DNA of 64,000 bases from assembly GCA_973895155.1 (NCBI GenBank), contig OZ316895.1, forward strand, positions 1,564,412-1,628,411, in the 5' to 3' direction. A program made the position numbers and the translations under genes. Under the pieces are notes generated by a model. It worked only from the letters and a program-made list of their open reading frames with translations. It had not been told where the DNA came from and made no database searches. Origin of the DNA: Marsupella aquatica (taxonomy: Eukaryota; Plantae; Marchantiophyta). How positions within the stretch are numbered: the stretch's first letter is position 1; each line of letters opens with the position of its first letter. Below are positions 1 to 13,000 of the stretch, in pieces.

Positions 1-2636
1 TCTCCGTCTGACTTGCAGGAAGGACAGGCCCCTATGACTCTGAAGCTGCTCTCCAAATTCTTTCTGCTTGCTGTTACTGGGTACTTAAGAAGACAAATCT
101 GTCCTTTCTTGTGCTCCTTGCAGTTTCTTGTGTGATGCCCTCCATCGCTGTTCTCGTTGCTAGCTTTATTCCGTTTTAGTGGTTTTGTTGAAATTCAGTT
201 TATGATTCAAGCAGTGAACTCTGTCAAGGAGAAAAAAAAAATCTTAGTCCATACTTAAAGTAAGACTGTCGGGAAGACTGTCAACTACGGTAACTTAGGG
301 TTCGAGTGGTGTTATTTCCATTGTATCGATTGAGCAGGATTGTCGGCAGCCAGCAACTTTTCCTCGTCGGATTGGCCTACACGTCGGCCACATTCGCTGC
401 TACAATGCAAAATGCCATTCCCATGTTCACGTTCCTTTTGGCATTGATGCTTGGGTAAGTGTCTAAAAAAGGCTCTCTGGATAACTCCCTTAATTTAGAG
501 ATTGATCTCCTAACCTTCACACTTCGCAACTAACTTCACGCATTCACACACAGTGCGGCAGCGCCATAAAGTGCTAGCTTGAAGAGAACTGACGGTGACT
601 CTTGTCAGCGTATCAACGTTTAGCCCAGCGCGCTTAAATCGATTATCGCACTTAAGTTTGGGCGTAAACTCGGGGCGACTCACCCGACCAAATTGGCCTG
701 TCCTTTCTTCAAGGGAGGTTGAATAATAATTATTAATGCTATAACTTGAGGACCTGGACTTTCCGAGCTCGAAATAGCTTACATGGCTCAAAATTTGCCA
801 GAGGCCTATCCAGCTGTCGGTCGTGAGTGTATGCGAGCTACCCTAAATGCACCTGGAAGTCACTTTTCTCAAGAATTAATCGAATACAAACATTTTCATC
901 ATCAATTTCTGAGCAGGTCATTTTATTCAGTGGTTTACGCTCAATTTGTCTTGGATGGTATCCGAAAGAAAAATCATTCAAACTGTATACTCCGTGACAA
1001 CTCACATTACTTGGAGATGAGATGTGGTATAATGCTAAGAACATAGGTAGATAACGTGGAGCCAGCTGCCAGTTGAAGTTTGCCTGGGATTTGCCTGGGA
1101 TCTTGCTTGTGTGCAAACTTGTTCGTTTTGATTCGTATCATTCAATTAGTTGGTATAGTCAGTTACATCAAGCATTGCATCCTTCAACCAGAATGATGGA
1201 CAATCTTGTACCGCATTAGTCTTAGATACATGCCCGGATACATGGCTGTAGAACACCTCACGCCTGACTGAATGATGTTGACATTGAACATGTCACAGGC
1301 TTGAGAAGGTGCGAGTCCGTAGATTGGATGGGAAAGCGAAACTTCTCGGCACTATAGCGTGCGTCTCAGGTGCTGTGCTGATGTCTGTGTGCAAGGGCCC
1401 TGCAGTGATCGAGGGCTGGGCTCAAGAAGACCGAGAGACAAATGACATTAAGCTCAAAAGTATACTGGGCCACACTCTCGGATCGCATGCCCTCCGGTTG
1501 GGAATCGACATGTATCGATTGGGAGGCCTCTGTCTTCTCGCAAACTGCATGTCCTGGGCTGCCTACTTCATTATGCTGGCATGTCTCTTTCTAGGGCATT
1601 CGTTCTACTTTCAACTACTTTCTTCCTTTCGAGTCTGCAGAATGATGTTCGCTGGTGCATGTTTGGAACATAACTCACCTATGCCCTGGAGTTTACTCGT
1701 TTCGCTTGAGACTCCCCGAAGCCAGTGGAGGGACATCCCTAAGACTGTGGGCTAGCCAATGCTGTCACCCCAAACGAGCTTCCCATTTGCTGAGATACTG
1801 AAACAATGAAGGCAAAGTGTTGGCAAACTCAACAAAGTCTGAGTCATCCAAACACCCCAAATTTATCTTCATCCCCTCAAACTATTGCCGCTGCAGCAAA
1901 GCGCGTAAAGCGGCCCAATATATACCTTTAAACTTGCGTAAATGAACAAATGGATCATATCAAGGTCAAGTCTCTACATAAAACTTGGAATCAAGATTGA
2001 AGGGCTCAGTGAAGTGTCGATCACTTGGTTCAGCCAATCCCATGATCTTACGGTCAATCCGAGCAATTTTGTTCTGGATAAGAAATGTGAGAAAGTGGGA
2101 TATGTGATAGTTTGCTTCAGGCAATAAATTTCACTACCTGTCCAGGCATTAGATCTAACTGTGAAGTCTTGGTCGTTCATTGTATGCAGGCACCAGTTGT
2201 GGAAGCCAGTCCAACGCCGCTGACGATCACAACCTGAATGTACTTTTTCGGTTCCTTTCAAGTCGGATTCCTCATGCTGGTATTCACGGGTGGAAAGGTC
2301 ACCTAGCTCTAGAGTGGGGGCCTCAACTCATCAGTATCATTTACGCTGTAAGTTGCAACGTGCCTAAACCTGCATGGCTGCACGCTACACTCGTTCTCTC
2401 TTAAGATTTGGAAGTAAGATTTGGAAGTAGTGATCGATGTATCGAATAACCGTTCAACGCTTGCAAGGTTCAAACCAGTGTGGACTTGTCATGTTCTGTC
2501 TACAATAATTTACGGCAGAGTTAGCAGACTCGCATCATTATTGACTAAACGGCGGGTCGAGACCTCAGTCATTACACTGACAATCTCAGGAACCATCGTT
2601 TTCTATCAGGAGTTTACTGTCTCAGTGGTCTAGGAG

Positions 2637-4464
2637 ATTCAGGGAGACTAGTCCCTGCATTGTCATTCAATGCACCTCGATTCTCTCCCAAAGCCCACCG
2701 GAATACTCTCTCCATTTTTTTTTGTCTCACTGCAGTTTCAGGCCAGCCCCATTTTTGGATCCAGGTTCAGTTTTGAGGAGGGCACAAATTTTTGAGGAGT
2801 TCTAATGCTTGACGTTTTTAACTTATTCAAAAATGACATAAAACTATAATATCAATTTTTAAAATATCAATATATATTTTAAGATAAAATATTAAATATT
2901 AAATGGTACTGAGTATGGAGAATTGACACATAGAAGTAGTGTGTGAGCTAGTGGTATTGGAGGTCAGTTGAGCCTACTAGGTGGTGTGTTCAAGGCACAT
3001 GACAGGCAACTTTTCTTTTCTTTGATTGAGGGCATGGAAAGGAATGAAAGTTAGAGGGGCGGGGGTGTCTAATTGTATTTGAAAATGGAAATGGTAAATG
3101 AAATATATATGAGGGGTTCAAGTAATTTTGGAGATAGAAAAAATAACAAAGGAGACACCCATCAAAGCCAGGCATAAAAATTAAAATAATGTCCAAACAA
3201 ATTGGACTTGGGGATATGAACCAAGGATGCGCCATATAGCAGCAACAGAAAAGTTGAGGAGACATGATCACATAAAAAACCATTTATCTCCTAAATCATT
3301 CATGGTAAGCACACATCTAATTGTATAAGAAGCAAAACTTTATTCATGAAATTTGTTTTCAAATCAATAGAAAACCTAGAAGCCAATGGCAGTCTACCAC
3401 CCTACAATTAATCACTCAATCACATATCTTTTCTACATACAAGGTTGGAAATAGTGTAAGTTGGCTACCCTGGAAAACAAGTCTACCAAAGGTGCTGTGC
3501 TTGACACATTTGTCAAGACACTCAAAGAATTAAGACCCATGATTGCACCAATTCCTTGCAAGCTTTAAAAAACCTGTCAATTGGAGCACACTTCTCAATC
3601 CTGGCCCTGTTGTCTTCTCTACCACACACTTTTGGACTCGCTTCATAGGGGCCTTCTGCTGGGTTGGTTTTTTGTGCCTTTTTCAAGGGGCTTTCTTTTG
3701 TCTTACTGGTTTCTCAGGTTGTTGCACAAGGCCTTTCTTCTCCTGTGAACACCACCTCTAATATTGTTTGCCTTTTGACTTCTAACCTCTTTTGTTGGCT
3801 TCTCACGCTAACCTCTTTTGTTGGATTCTTCCTAAAACTGAAAGCAACTACCCCACCAGGAACATGATTGGCACCTCACAACAATGGGCAGGTACAAGAA
3901 ATTAACAAAATAGGTTAATTTATCTCCCTGGCTCTCATGGGTGTTTCCTTTGTTACTTTTGCTATCTCCAAATTACTTGAAACCCCCATATATATCTCAT
4001 TTAACATTTCCATTTTCAAATACAATTAGACACCCTCGCCCCCTCATTCCTTTCCATGCCCTCAATCAAAGAAAAGAAAAGTTGCCCATTGTGTGCCTTG
4101 AACACGCCACATCATAGTCTCAACTGACCTCCAATGCGACTAGGTCACCCACTACTTCTGTGCATCAATTCTCCATGCTCATTACCATTTAATCTTTTAT
4201 AATTATTATTTTATTTTATATTAAGAAATATATTGATATTTTTAAAATTGATATTATAGTTTTACATTATTTGTGAATAAGTTAAAACCATCAAACATTA
4301 GAATTCCTCAAAAATCTGTGTCCTCCTCAAAACTGAAAGGGGACCCAAAAATGGGGCTAGCCTGAAACTAAAGTGAGACACAAAAATGGAGAGAGTATTC
4401 CGGTGGACTATGGGGGAGAATCGAGGTGCATTGAATGACAATGCAGGGACTCGTCTCCCTGAAT
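2637..4464. mobile_element. Non-autonomous DNA transposon with ~550-bp TIRs (Mutator/foldback-like), inserted in an intron of the WAT1-like pseudogene
   Basis: 2637-~3184 is the reverse complement of ~3915-4464 (starts ATTCAGGGAGAC, ends GTCTCCCTGAAT) and aligns along its whole length with scattered mismatches. The 8-bp direct repeat TCTAGGAG flanks it at 2629-2636 and 4465-4472. The ~730-bp spacer has no intact ORF. Confidence 0.9.
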
Positions 4465-4813
4465 TCTAGGAGTCTAGCTCGCTAAAAATTGTGCCAGTGA
4501 CAGGCATAATTAGTCGTCTATTATCGACGTCATTACTCCTAGAAGCCAATCATCAACGTGTCGTCTTGGAGGTTAACACCAAATTGCATTAAGGGCAACA
4601 GTATACATTATTGAGAACCCAGTTGTTATTGTTTAGTTGAGAGGTGGGACATTAGAGGGTGTGCTGTGAAAGTACTGTACCACAAGAAGACCTTTGTGAC
4701 AGAAGTCATAAATTGCTATCTTCTCACCCAATTCCCAACCAGCAAACCCTCTCGTCCTCACTTTTACTATTATACCCCGCCGATCCTACAGGCCTGAGAG
4801 AACAGGCATAGCT

Positions 4814-5167
4814 GGTCTGTCTGAGGTAGACCTCACAAGCACCTACAGTTGGCAGAAGCTACAAAGAAAACAATTTGGGTCTGTCTGAGGTAGACCTCAC
4901 GAGCACCTACAGTTGGCAGAAGCTACAAAGAAAACAATTTGGTTGGACAGTTTAGTTAGTACTGAGATAAGATTGACACTAATAATTCTCAATTGTGATA
5001 GCCAGAGTGTCTTATATCTAGTCACAAATAAGACTATGAACATAGCCAGAGTGTCTTATATCTAGTTGTAAATCAGACTATGAACAATAGTAAAGCACAT
5101 CAATATCACTTATTTTGCAAGGCAATAGTAAAACACATCAATTATATGGTTATCATTTTGCAAGGCA
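4814..5167. repeat. Three consecutive, unrelated two-copy tandem duplications
   Basis: A 64-bp unit GGTCTGTCTGAGGTAGACCTCAC... at 4814 and 4878; a 44-bp unit ATAGCCAGAGTGTCTTATATCTAGT... at 4998 and 5042; a ~38-bp unit AATAGTAAAgCACATCAAT...TTTTGCAAGGCAA twice within 5086-5167. Confidence 0.85.
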
Positions 5168-6544
5168 AACAATGTCTGATAAATTGATTGTCTGAGCTAG
5201 TCAAGATAGAATATAAATTCAATCCAACTGATGCATTTACCTAAATACTCCCATTGGAGAGATTCCCAAGACATAGTGTGACATTACAAGCTGGTTTTAT
5301 CTTAGTATGGAACACAAATAGAGTGACCTAACATAGAGAGGCCCTCCTCAGGTGGCTTGAAGGAAACATACTGTACAAGAACCTCAAACTATCTCTTCTA
5401 GCGTAAGTGAGTCAGCAACCGAGCTGGCAAGGCTCATGCATTATAACTTGTGTTGATGCGTGGTATAACTGTACTACAATCGGTTTTTGCAGGGGTTGGT
5501 ATCCTCCGGGATTAACTTCTCACTTTAATCAAGGGCCATCCAACGAGGCGGGCCTCTTCTCGTCTCTCTCTACACGCCTCTCCAGAATGTCATTGCACGG
5601 CTATTCTTTCGGTTTTGCTACTAGGCGATTCATATTACTTGGGTAGGTACGATTCCAACATAATGGTGTTCCCCATGCACGTATAATTAATAGACCTATA
5701 TATATATATATCAGTAATCTCATGACTCTCGTCTCATGTAGTATGCATTGAAGTTTCTTTTGGGAAACTCTGGAATGGTTGTCAAAATGTATTGGTATAT
5801 GGAAGGAACTCAATATGAGGAACAATATTGGGGTACACATTCACTATATTCATTGTCTACAAAGCTGAAGCATATTATGAAAAAAATTCTGATGAGCTTC
5901 TCAAGGCTTTGAGTTGAATCTTCTCTTGAACTATGTAACAAAGAAGGATTTGAAAAATTTCCCAAGGAGTGAGCCGACTAGAAGCTCGGTTCAGAAGTCG
6001 GGCATTGAGCTGATTTTTTTGGTGCTGTTTAATTGAAGGAATCGGAACAGTGTGCGGGATATACCTGGTAACGTGGGGACAAGTATTGAGCATTGGAAGC
6101 AAGATATTCTTGAAGCTGTGGGGCTAGAACGAGAATATACATCCGGGTCTACATCATCATAAGATCTCGTATCGCCTTCTTTTTCTGCCCCGACTGTTGG
6201 CCAGATGCGACTACGACAAAGAGGAGCAGCATGACCACTCTATTCCTATCCCTTCTACCTTCAAGCGTCGACCATCCTTTTATGACGATGAGTTACATCC
6301 GGATTTTACCAAGTTATGACTTTACGAGCTTTCGGTGCACCATATAGAATTCTACGCAATGCTAAATTCATACGTGTCAGATCCAACAAGGACAGAAAGA
6401 AAAAATTGCGGGAACCACACCATGTTGTGAACTTGCTTGTAGATGATGAATGTAAATTGAATAAAATTGAAAATAAGCGATCATCAAATTCCAGAGATTG
6501 AAGAGCAAAACCAGGAAAATTAGACTAGATTATAAATTCTTGTC

Positions 6545-6822
6545 CTTAGGGGGTTGACTATCAAAAATCATAGGAGCCACGTGCGATCCAAAATAGATAT
6601 TTTTTATAAAAAGTAACTAAATTTTTAAAAGCATAGGAGGCAAAAGAAAGTATTATAAACTCATGTTTATAAAATATTCTCTAATATATAATTTTTATAA
6701 AGTAAAATAGGTTATTAAGACTGAAAAAAGAATATTTTTGGAATATTGTTTTTAGAAATGTCTATTTATATTATGCTAGGATCCCACATGGTACCCTAAA
6801 AACACACTTAGTTAACCCCGAG
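6545..6822. mobile_element. MITE (278 bp) with 8-bp TSD
   Basis: TSD TTCTTGTC at 6537-6544 and 6823-6830. Termini CTTAGGGGGTTGACTA and TAGTTAACCCCGAG. Degenerate inner inverted repeat TAGGAGCCACGTGCGATCC / GGATCCCACATGGTACCCTA. AT-rich core. Confidence 0.75.
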
Positions 6823-8519
6823 TTCTTGTCAAAGATGAATTAATTTGATAGTGGTTCAGGATTACTATATCTGACAATAAAAGCTAATAATATACATAAT
6901 TCTAAAACCCAAACACACGTGGCCACACATATAGGTGAGCTCGTGCTAGTCCAGTACTTGTCATCCTCAGGACTTAACAAAAAGGCTAATTGATCAATTT
7001 TGGCAGGAATGGCAGTCCTCCATCAAGGATGTTGCCACTTCGGGCTGCATATAACCAAAGTGACCTGCTCATCAAATAGGTGTCTGATGTCAGCATAAAG
7101 ATAACATGTCACCAACTCTCTTAGCATCTCTCACTCCAAGCACAAGTTAGTCTACCAAATTGTATCAATCACTCTTTAAAACTGAGTCCTTAGGATCAAT
7201 AGATTCAATACCCCATCTCAAATCTGGAGAAACCTCAGGTAACCCTAATGCAATATGAAAATCTCCACAATCAATGTAGGATCATCTGCATTAAACTCTG
7301 GAAGTATTGCAATAGATATCTCAATAGTAGATGGAAATAACCCTACAATAGAATCCCCACGGATGATGGAAGTACTATAACTAAAATGAGACATCTCATC
7401 ATCATGTCTATCATCTAAACAGTATGCTATGCGTTGGATCTTGAAACCTGTTGAGTGGTGACCCAATCCAAGTAGTTGTGACATGATTACAAAATCAAAA
7501 CACCTACACCAACAATTTATAATGGAAAATGTTAGTCATTGTTGAAAATTTATTGAAAGTTAAAGCCAATCTGACATTGCAGTTCATTGTGCTAGACCAT
7601 TACTAACAGCAAATTCCTCCCCACACACTAAATTTATAAAGTAAAATAGTGTACTTCATTATTTTTTATTTTAGGAAATGGTTATCTTAAGAATTGGTGT
7701 ATTTCCAAAACATATTACATGATAGATGTCACAATTTTATTTAGTCCAATATAAAATGCCTTGAAAATTACATATATATATGCATACTTCATATAATGAT
7801 ATAATGCTAACCTTAGAGCAAGTTTGGATAGGCATGAGTAATATAAATTAGCACCCTAGAGTGATATGGGCAAAAAGTGAAGGCAGTTCATGCACCAAAG
7901 TATTTCCTACAGAAAAAAATTTGAAAGCAAAATAGGTATGTTTATCTTCCAAATAAAAATTTTAGAAGTTAAAATATCCCTCAATATATTGTCCCTCAAA
8001 AAATAAAATAGGTATGTTCCCCAAATAGCTAAGGAAAAATAGGGATATTTTAAATAGGCTAGGATTGCATGTGGTACTGGCATATGTACACTAGCTAGGT
8101 GAACCCCCAAGCCTTTGCACCAAAAGATAAGAAAAAGAATTCCTTCAAATAAATCTATTTTTGTGAGCTCATGAGCAAGAGATGAACCTGCACTGTCTAG
8201 CATGACAAACGGGAACTGACGCAGGATGGACCCCTCATTGAACCCAAACAAGCCAGAGGCGCAATAACGATGGGCACCCCAAAAAGCAACGACAACAGAC
8301 TCAAGATGGACCCCTCATGCAACCACAGCTGTGGCGGGTCTGGATTTGATCTTTTCCTAGATTCGTTTCCTAGACTCAATTTTCCAAGAATTGATCGCAA
8401 AACAATTCATACTATGACCCCTCATGCAACCACAGGTACGGACAGGAAATCATTTCAAGTGTGTCCTAACCCCTTCATACTAGTTACCTTGTGAGAGTCA
8501 AGTGTCATCTGATACCTAT

Positions 8520-8823
8520 CCCGGGGTCCTCACTTCTTTTCTTCCTACCCATCACGCGCGAATAAGGATAGGGTTTTTTTATTGGGTTTAGTGAAATACT
8601 TTTAAATTTTTGTTGAAGAACATTAGGGTTATTTTAATCCAATTTTGAGAGTTCTAACAATCATAGGGTTTTTTTAAATCAAATTTGGGAATATTCTTAG
8701 AATATTCCATTAAGTTCGTGGTAAAAAATTCCTAAAAAACTTTATTGACTTAACTTTTAGGGTGTTTATTCCCCCAAAACTTTGCGCGTGATATGGGACA
8801 CCCCTTGGATTGAGGCCCCCGAG
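8520..8823. mobile_element. MITE family A, copy 1 (304 bp)
   Basis: 13-bp imperfect TIRs CCCGGGGTCCTCA / TGAGGCCCCCGAG. Flanks ATACCTAT (8512-8519) and ATATCTAT (8824-8831) match at 7/8. The whole element is an inverted homolog of 20980-21282. Confidence 0.85.
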
Positions 8824-9736
8824 ATATCTATATTGAGATCATTTCAATACTGTCCTTGTGCTACAAAACAAATGGAGGTGATATCAGGGTGATTGGCAGC
8901 ATTGCCCCTTGCTATGCAACTCCCCTTCTTATAAGACCGTGTATAAGACAATTTTATAATTCGTTTTCATTGTAGTGTACTAAGTAAACTCTTGTACCTC
9001 TCAATTCAAGGAATCTTAAAAAAAATTAATATAGGGGAGAACAACCAAACTAGTCAATGTTTTAGGATTTTTATTAAAATTCTAAAAGTCTTTTAATAAA
9101 AATGAAAAAAGTCAGGAATTGTTTTTAATTTCATGTGGAAAACAAAGAAAACCAAACTTTATATGAGACACAAAAAAAAAATTAAATGGAAAACCCAGGT
9201 GTTTTGAAATTCTATTTTTATTATAGTCAACCTTTCAGTCCATATCTCAAAATGATGAGACGGGGTTTATCTCATCAGAGTCTCATATCTCAAAATTTGA
9301 GAGTCTCATATCTCAAAATTTGATTGTCCTTAACTTTGTAGTTAAGTTTAGGGGCAGAAAAAGGTATGGACTATCAACTCCATGATCCATAACTTTTTGC
9401 CATAAAATTTGGTCAGATGTTACAAACACAAGTCAATCTAGAGGCTACTGAAAAGAACAAGCCTTAACAAACCTTTACATAACCCCATGAAAAAGCTGTG
9501 ATCATTTGTTTATGGCCAAAATTCATCATTCATAAATATGAGTTTGTGAAACGCCCTAGTGAATGACCTCTTGGTACACAACAACACATAGTGCCTGCAG
9601 GGAAGAGCACAAGCTCACAGTAGTGGCAGGTACTAATGGTCAAACAATGTCCCTAGCTTGTAGGGGTCCATTAAAAAAGTATGTCAATCCCCAGGACTAG
9701 AGTGGGTACTGCACGAAGAGCATCTCCACTCTGTAA

Positions 9737-10016
9737 TGATTGAATCAAACAATTTACATACATACTGCACATAATTAGAATAACATTCTTCCATTTAAAT
9801 AAAATAACAAGGTTTAGCATGGTATGGAATATTGATCATTCCATATTATCATATTTGATATGCAATTACACTATGCACATAGGAGTGATTGAATCAAACA
9901 ATTTGCATGCATACATAGTGTGCATAAGTACTGTAGTTAAAAAAAAACATTCACCATATTATATAAAATAATGAGTTTTATCATGGTATGAATTATCATA
10001 TTTGATATACAATTAC
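9737..10016. repeat. Degenerate ~150-bp tandem duplication related to the small inverted-repeat element at 34025-34174
   Basis: TGATTGAATCAAACAATTT...ATTATCATATTTGATATGCAATTAC occurs at ~9737 and ~9886. Its 3' half resembles the reverse complement of 34033-34110. Confidence 0.65.
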
Positions 10017-13000
10017 CTATAAGCCACGGTTTGAGCTGACGGGAAAGTTTATGTGTTGCCCGACACATAAACTCATCAGATTACGGCTCCAAAGGGGCCA
10101 AATGATGCATATTCTTCTTTATTACCCGACTGGTCCCAAATTCTCTCAAACTCCTTCCCTGCCTGGTCGCCGGGCTCCCCGGGACTCCCCAGTTTAGCGA
10201 GCCAGTCCCCCCAGCAGGGGCCAGGGATTAGGCACCGGGCAGTTGGGAGGACCGGGTGTGACTTATGACGGGTCCAGACCCCTCATTTGCCAATCAAAGC
10301 CAAACCAGGCAGTAGGCAAGCAATTCCTGTAATTGAGCTCTTGATTAAATTCAAGAGCAGCTATTGATTAGCAGTAAAGAGGTGGTTGTCCTAGACCGCT
10401 GCGCTGTGCGCTGTGGACTGTGGAGGAATCTGAAAGAGCAAGACAGTACTGCAGTGTCGGACAGAAAAGCACTTTACTACTGTCACCTGAACTTGAGTGC
10501 CTTCAGCTTGAGCTGCATTATTTCCCTTTCTTTCTCACTGCCAACAGCTACAGCTGAGCTGCTGTTGGGCATCCATGGCCAGGTCGCCAGGCGCACCAGA
10601 GGGGGGCAGATATGGGAGAGGGCAAAGAGAGCGCTGGTGACATCCAGTTATGCACGTTCGGCCTGCTCCTCCTTGTTCTCCTCCTGGAAATGCTCCTCAT
10701 CCCTCCTCGATCCATCCCTTCTCGCGGCATAATCTATTTGTCTTTCCACAGTCCCAGCAGCTCTCTGTGCCAGGGATAACAACGATTCCGCTGCTCCTCC
10801 TGTTCTTTCCACCTGCGACTCTTAATGTACAGTGCTGTACTGTACCATAGACGACTCGACGAAGCTGTTGAGGTATCTCCCGTTCTATCATGCTCCCGTT
10901 CGATCGTGCTCGTCTATATATCACCCCCCACGACAACAGTACCGTCGCTCCCGTCCCTTCCCCAGAATCTTAGGCTGGGTCTCACAGCAACAGCTTCCTC
11001 CGCTTGGAACTACTTAGCAGACACCAGTTTGGACGGCACATATTTATGAATGAATCATGGAAAGGTCCTGGGTCAAACAATTTAGTAATGACAACCTTTT
11101 AAAGGAAAAGTGTCATTTATATCATTTCTCCGCAAAGATTCAGGACAGAGTTCAGTATGTCCTGGCAACTCCGTTTGTGGCACGGTGCTTTAGTCATGCA
11201 CCACGGTAGAGTTGATGCGAACAGATGTAGACAGAGTAGAAAAAGTCTGTCAGAAGAGTTAGAAAATTTGGTTGAGTTAATGCAAACAGATGTCGACGCT
11301 CCAACATCTACGAAGCAAATGAAGAACGAGCAAACGAACAAGAAGCAAAATACGAAACGAAATGTAGTAGAGCTTATTTATGCTATTGGCGAAAATAACG
11401 AGTATTAGAACTTGAAGTTTTCGCTTAAAACCCGTTATGCACACTGAAAATTAACAGCCAAAGAAACTGCAGATTGGAAGCGCTCGCAGAAACTCTTAAA
11501 CAATCCAAAAGGCCATGAATCAGAACTTAGAATTTAATCGGAACCTTCCCCACTTCCCAGGGAGGACAGACACTGCAAGCCTAAGGCCCGGAGTCGGATA
11601 GGGCAGGAGTCCCACTCTATCACAAGTTTTTTTGTCTTGCGAGGTGCTTACGAACATTCCTGGCGACTAGAAAATTCTCCAGTTCTACCTTCAGGTCATT
11701 TGAACTCCATGCAACGACCAGTGACTATCCTTGAAGGTAGAGATGGTCGTCGGTTATTCTGGAAGATCATTGAACGGTCCATGGTTTAGAGATCTGAAGG
11801 AGATACTCAAAATTTTCACCTTGACATCCTGGTAGACGACAGGTCAGATGAGATTGAACTCTTCGAGAAAATAGCACACATAGACTGACCTCCATGATTT
11901 GTGTTCAGTGCAAACGGCAGTCCAAATCACTGAAACCAAATCAGCTGTTGAAGTCAATCACTCCACAGAGGTGGATTTTATCCCCTAGGTTGAACATTTC
12001 AGGCTGTAAAATTTATATCTCAAGAGTCCAACAGCTGAAGTGCGGGAGGGAAGTCCGATTGATGCCACAGTAATGCCTAGCGCCATCCAAAAGCAAATTT
12101 ATCGGAAAGTTACCAAATCTTCGTGGAGATGCTCGGGTAGAAATATAAACGTAACCAGTCTTGAGGGGTGATGGTTGGCACGATGCTCCACAAGGCAGCA
12201 CCGACATAACACAGGCGTACAAAGCCCGCAAAGGAAAAAGATTGTGTCGCAAGAGTCACAAGCACGGCTTCACTGCTTTCACTCCGGCTTACTTACAAAA
12301 TTCACAAGCAGGACTTGCATTGCTTACAAACAGTTGCGGACAACAGAAAGGCTAAAGCACTGAAGTAGCAGAAATTTGCTGATTTGTTGACACATTATAA
12401 GAATCTCTTTAGTAGCCACCTAGCTTTCCATATATGTAATTCGGGAATAGAGACAAGGCGTCGCTTGTCTAGACAATTCTAGTCGTGATGTAAAGATCCT
12501 CACTGTGCAAAATACAGTGCCTACTCATGCATAAAGCAGTTGACAAGGCGTACTCCGAAAGAAGTAACACGAAGCTTCTATTAGGCATGATCCTGTGACA
12601 TTCTTCCTTACAATACTCCTAATTTACACGTTAGTAACTTCTAACCAATCACGCGCAAGGGCTTTTCAACAAAGAAGAGACGAGATCTATACACTGTTCA
12701 ACAAGTTCTAGACCCTGTTTCCCAGTTAGGTGCCTGTCAGGAACACGAGCATAACAGTAAGTCAATTAATTGTTGTCCACTGTATTACATTGTGCATGGT
12801 CCGAAAACACAGGTTCTTGTTCATAATTCTCGTATTGAACAACGACAGTAAAAATACTTCGAAACTGCAAACGTAGTGCAGTGCCTGGAGATACTGGTGT
12901 ATCACTGAATTGGTCTAACTAGTCGTATTGTCTACCCTGTTCTGGCATCTATGTACCTACTGCTAGAAAGAATGCACACAATGCAGGTCGTCAATGCTCC

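Larger units (their letters stand above)
19..6319 (+). pseudogene. WAT1-related / UMAMIT (EamA, nodulin MtN21) transporter pseudogene; 5' part lies outside the window
   Basis: Exon remnants match the intact paralog at 35707-39797 one for one. 19-80 is 62 nt vs 63 (1-nt deletion giving an early TGA). 338-454 is 117 vs 117 (IVGSQQLFLVGLAYTSATFAATMQNAIPMFTFLLALMLG). 1299-1578 is 280 vs 280 but its donor reads GCATGT. 2190-2347 is 158 vs 159 with in-frame TGA at 2235-2237. 5493-5646 is 154 vs 152 with TAA at 5526-5528. The last exon (~6027-6319, GIYLVTWGQV...KRRPSFYDDELHPDFTKL*) appears to have lost its acceptor AG and has another frameshift. Confidence 0.9.

Noticed and set aside
1579-1584. GC donor (GCATGT) as a functional GC-AG intron
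   Set aside because: The paralog has GT at this position and this copy is a pseudogene, so decay is the simpler explanation.
8226-8437. Three copies of ATG(G)ACCCCTCAT(G/T)..AACC separated by unique sequence
   Set aside because: Only three imperfect copies with unequal spacing; more likely subterminal repeats of a decayed TE than an array.
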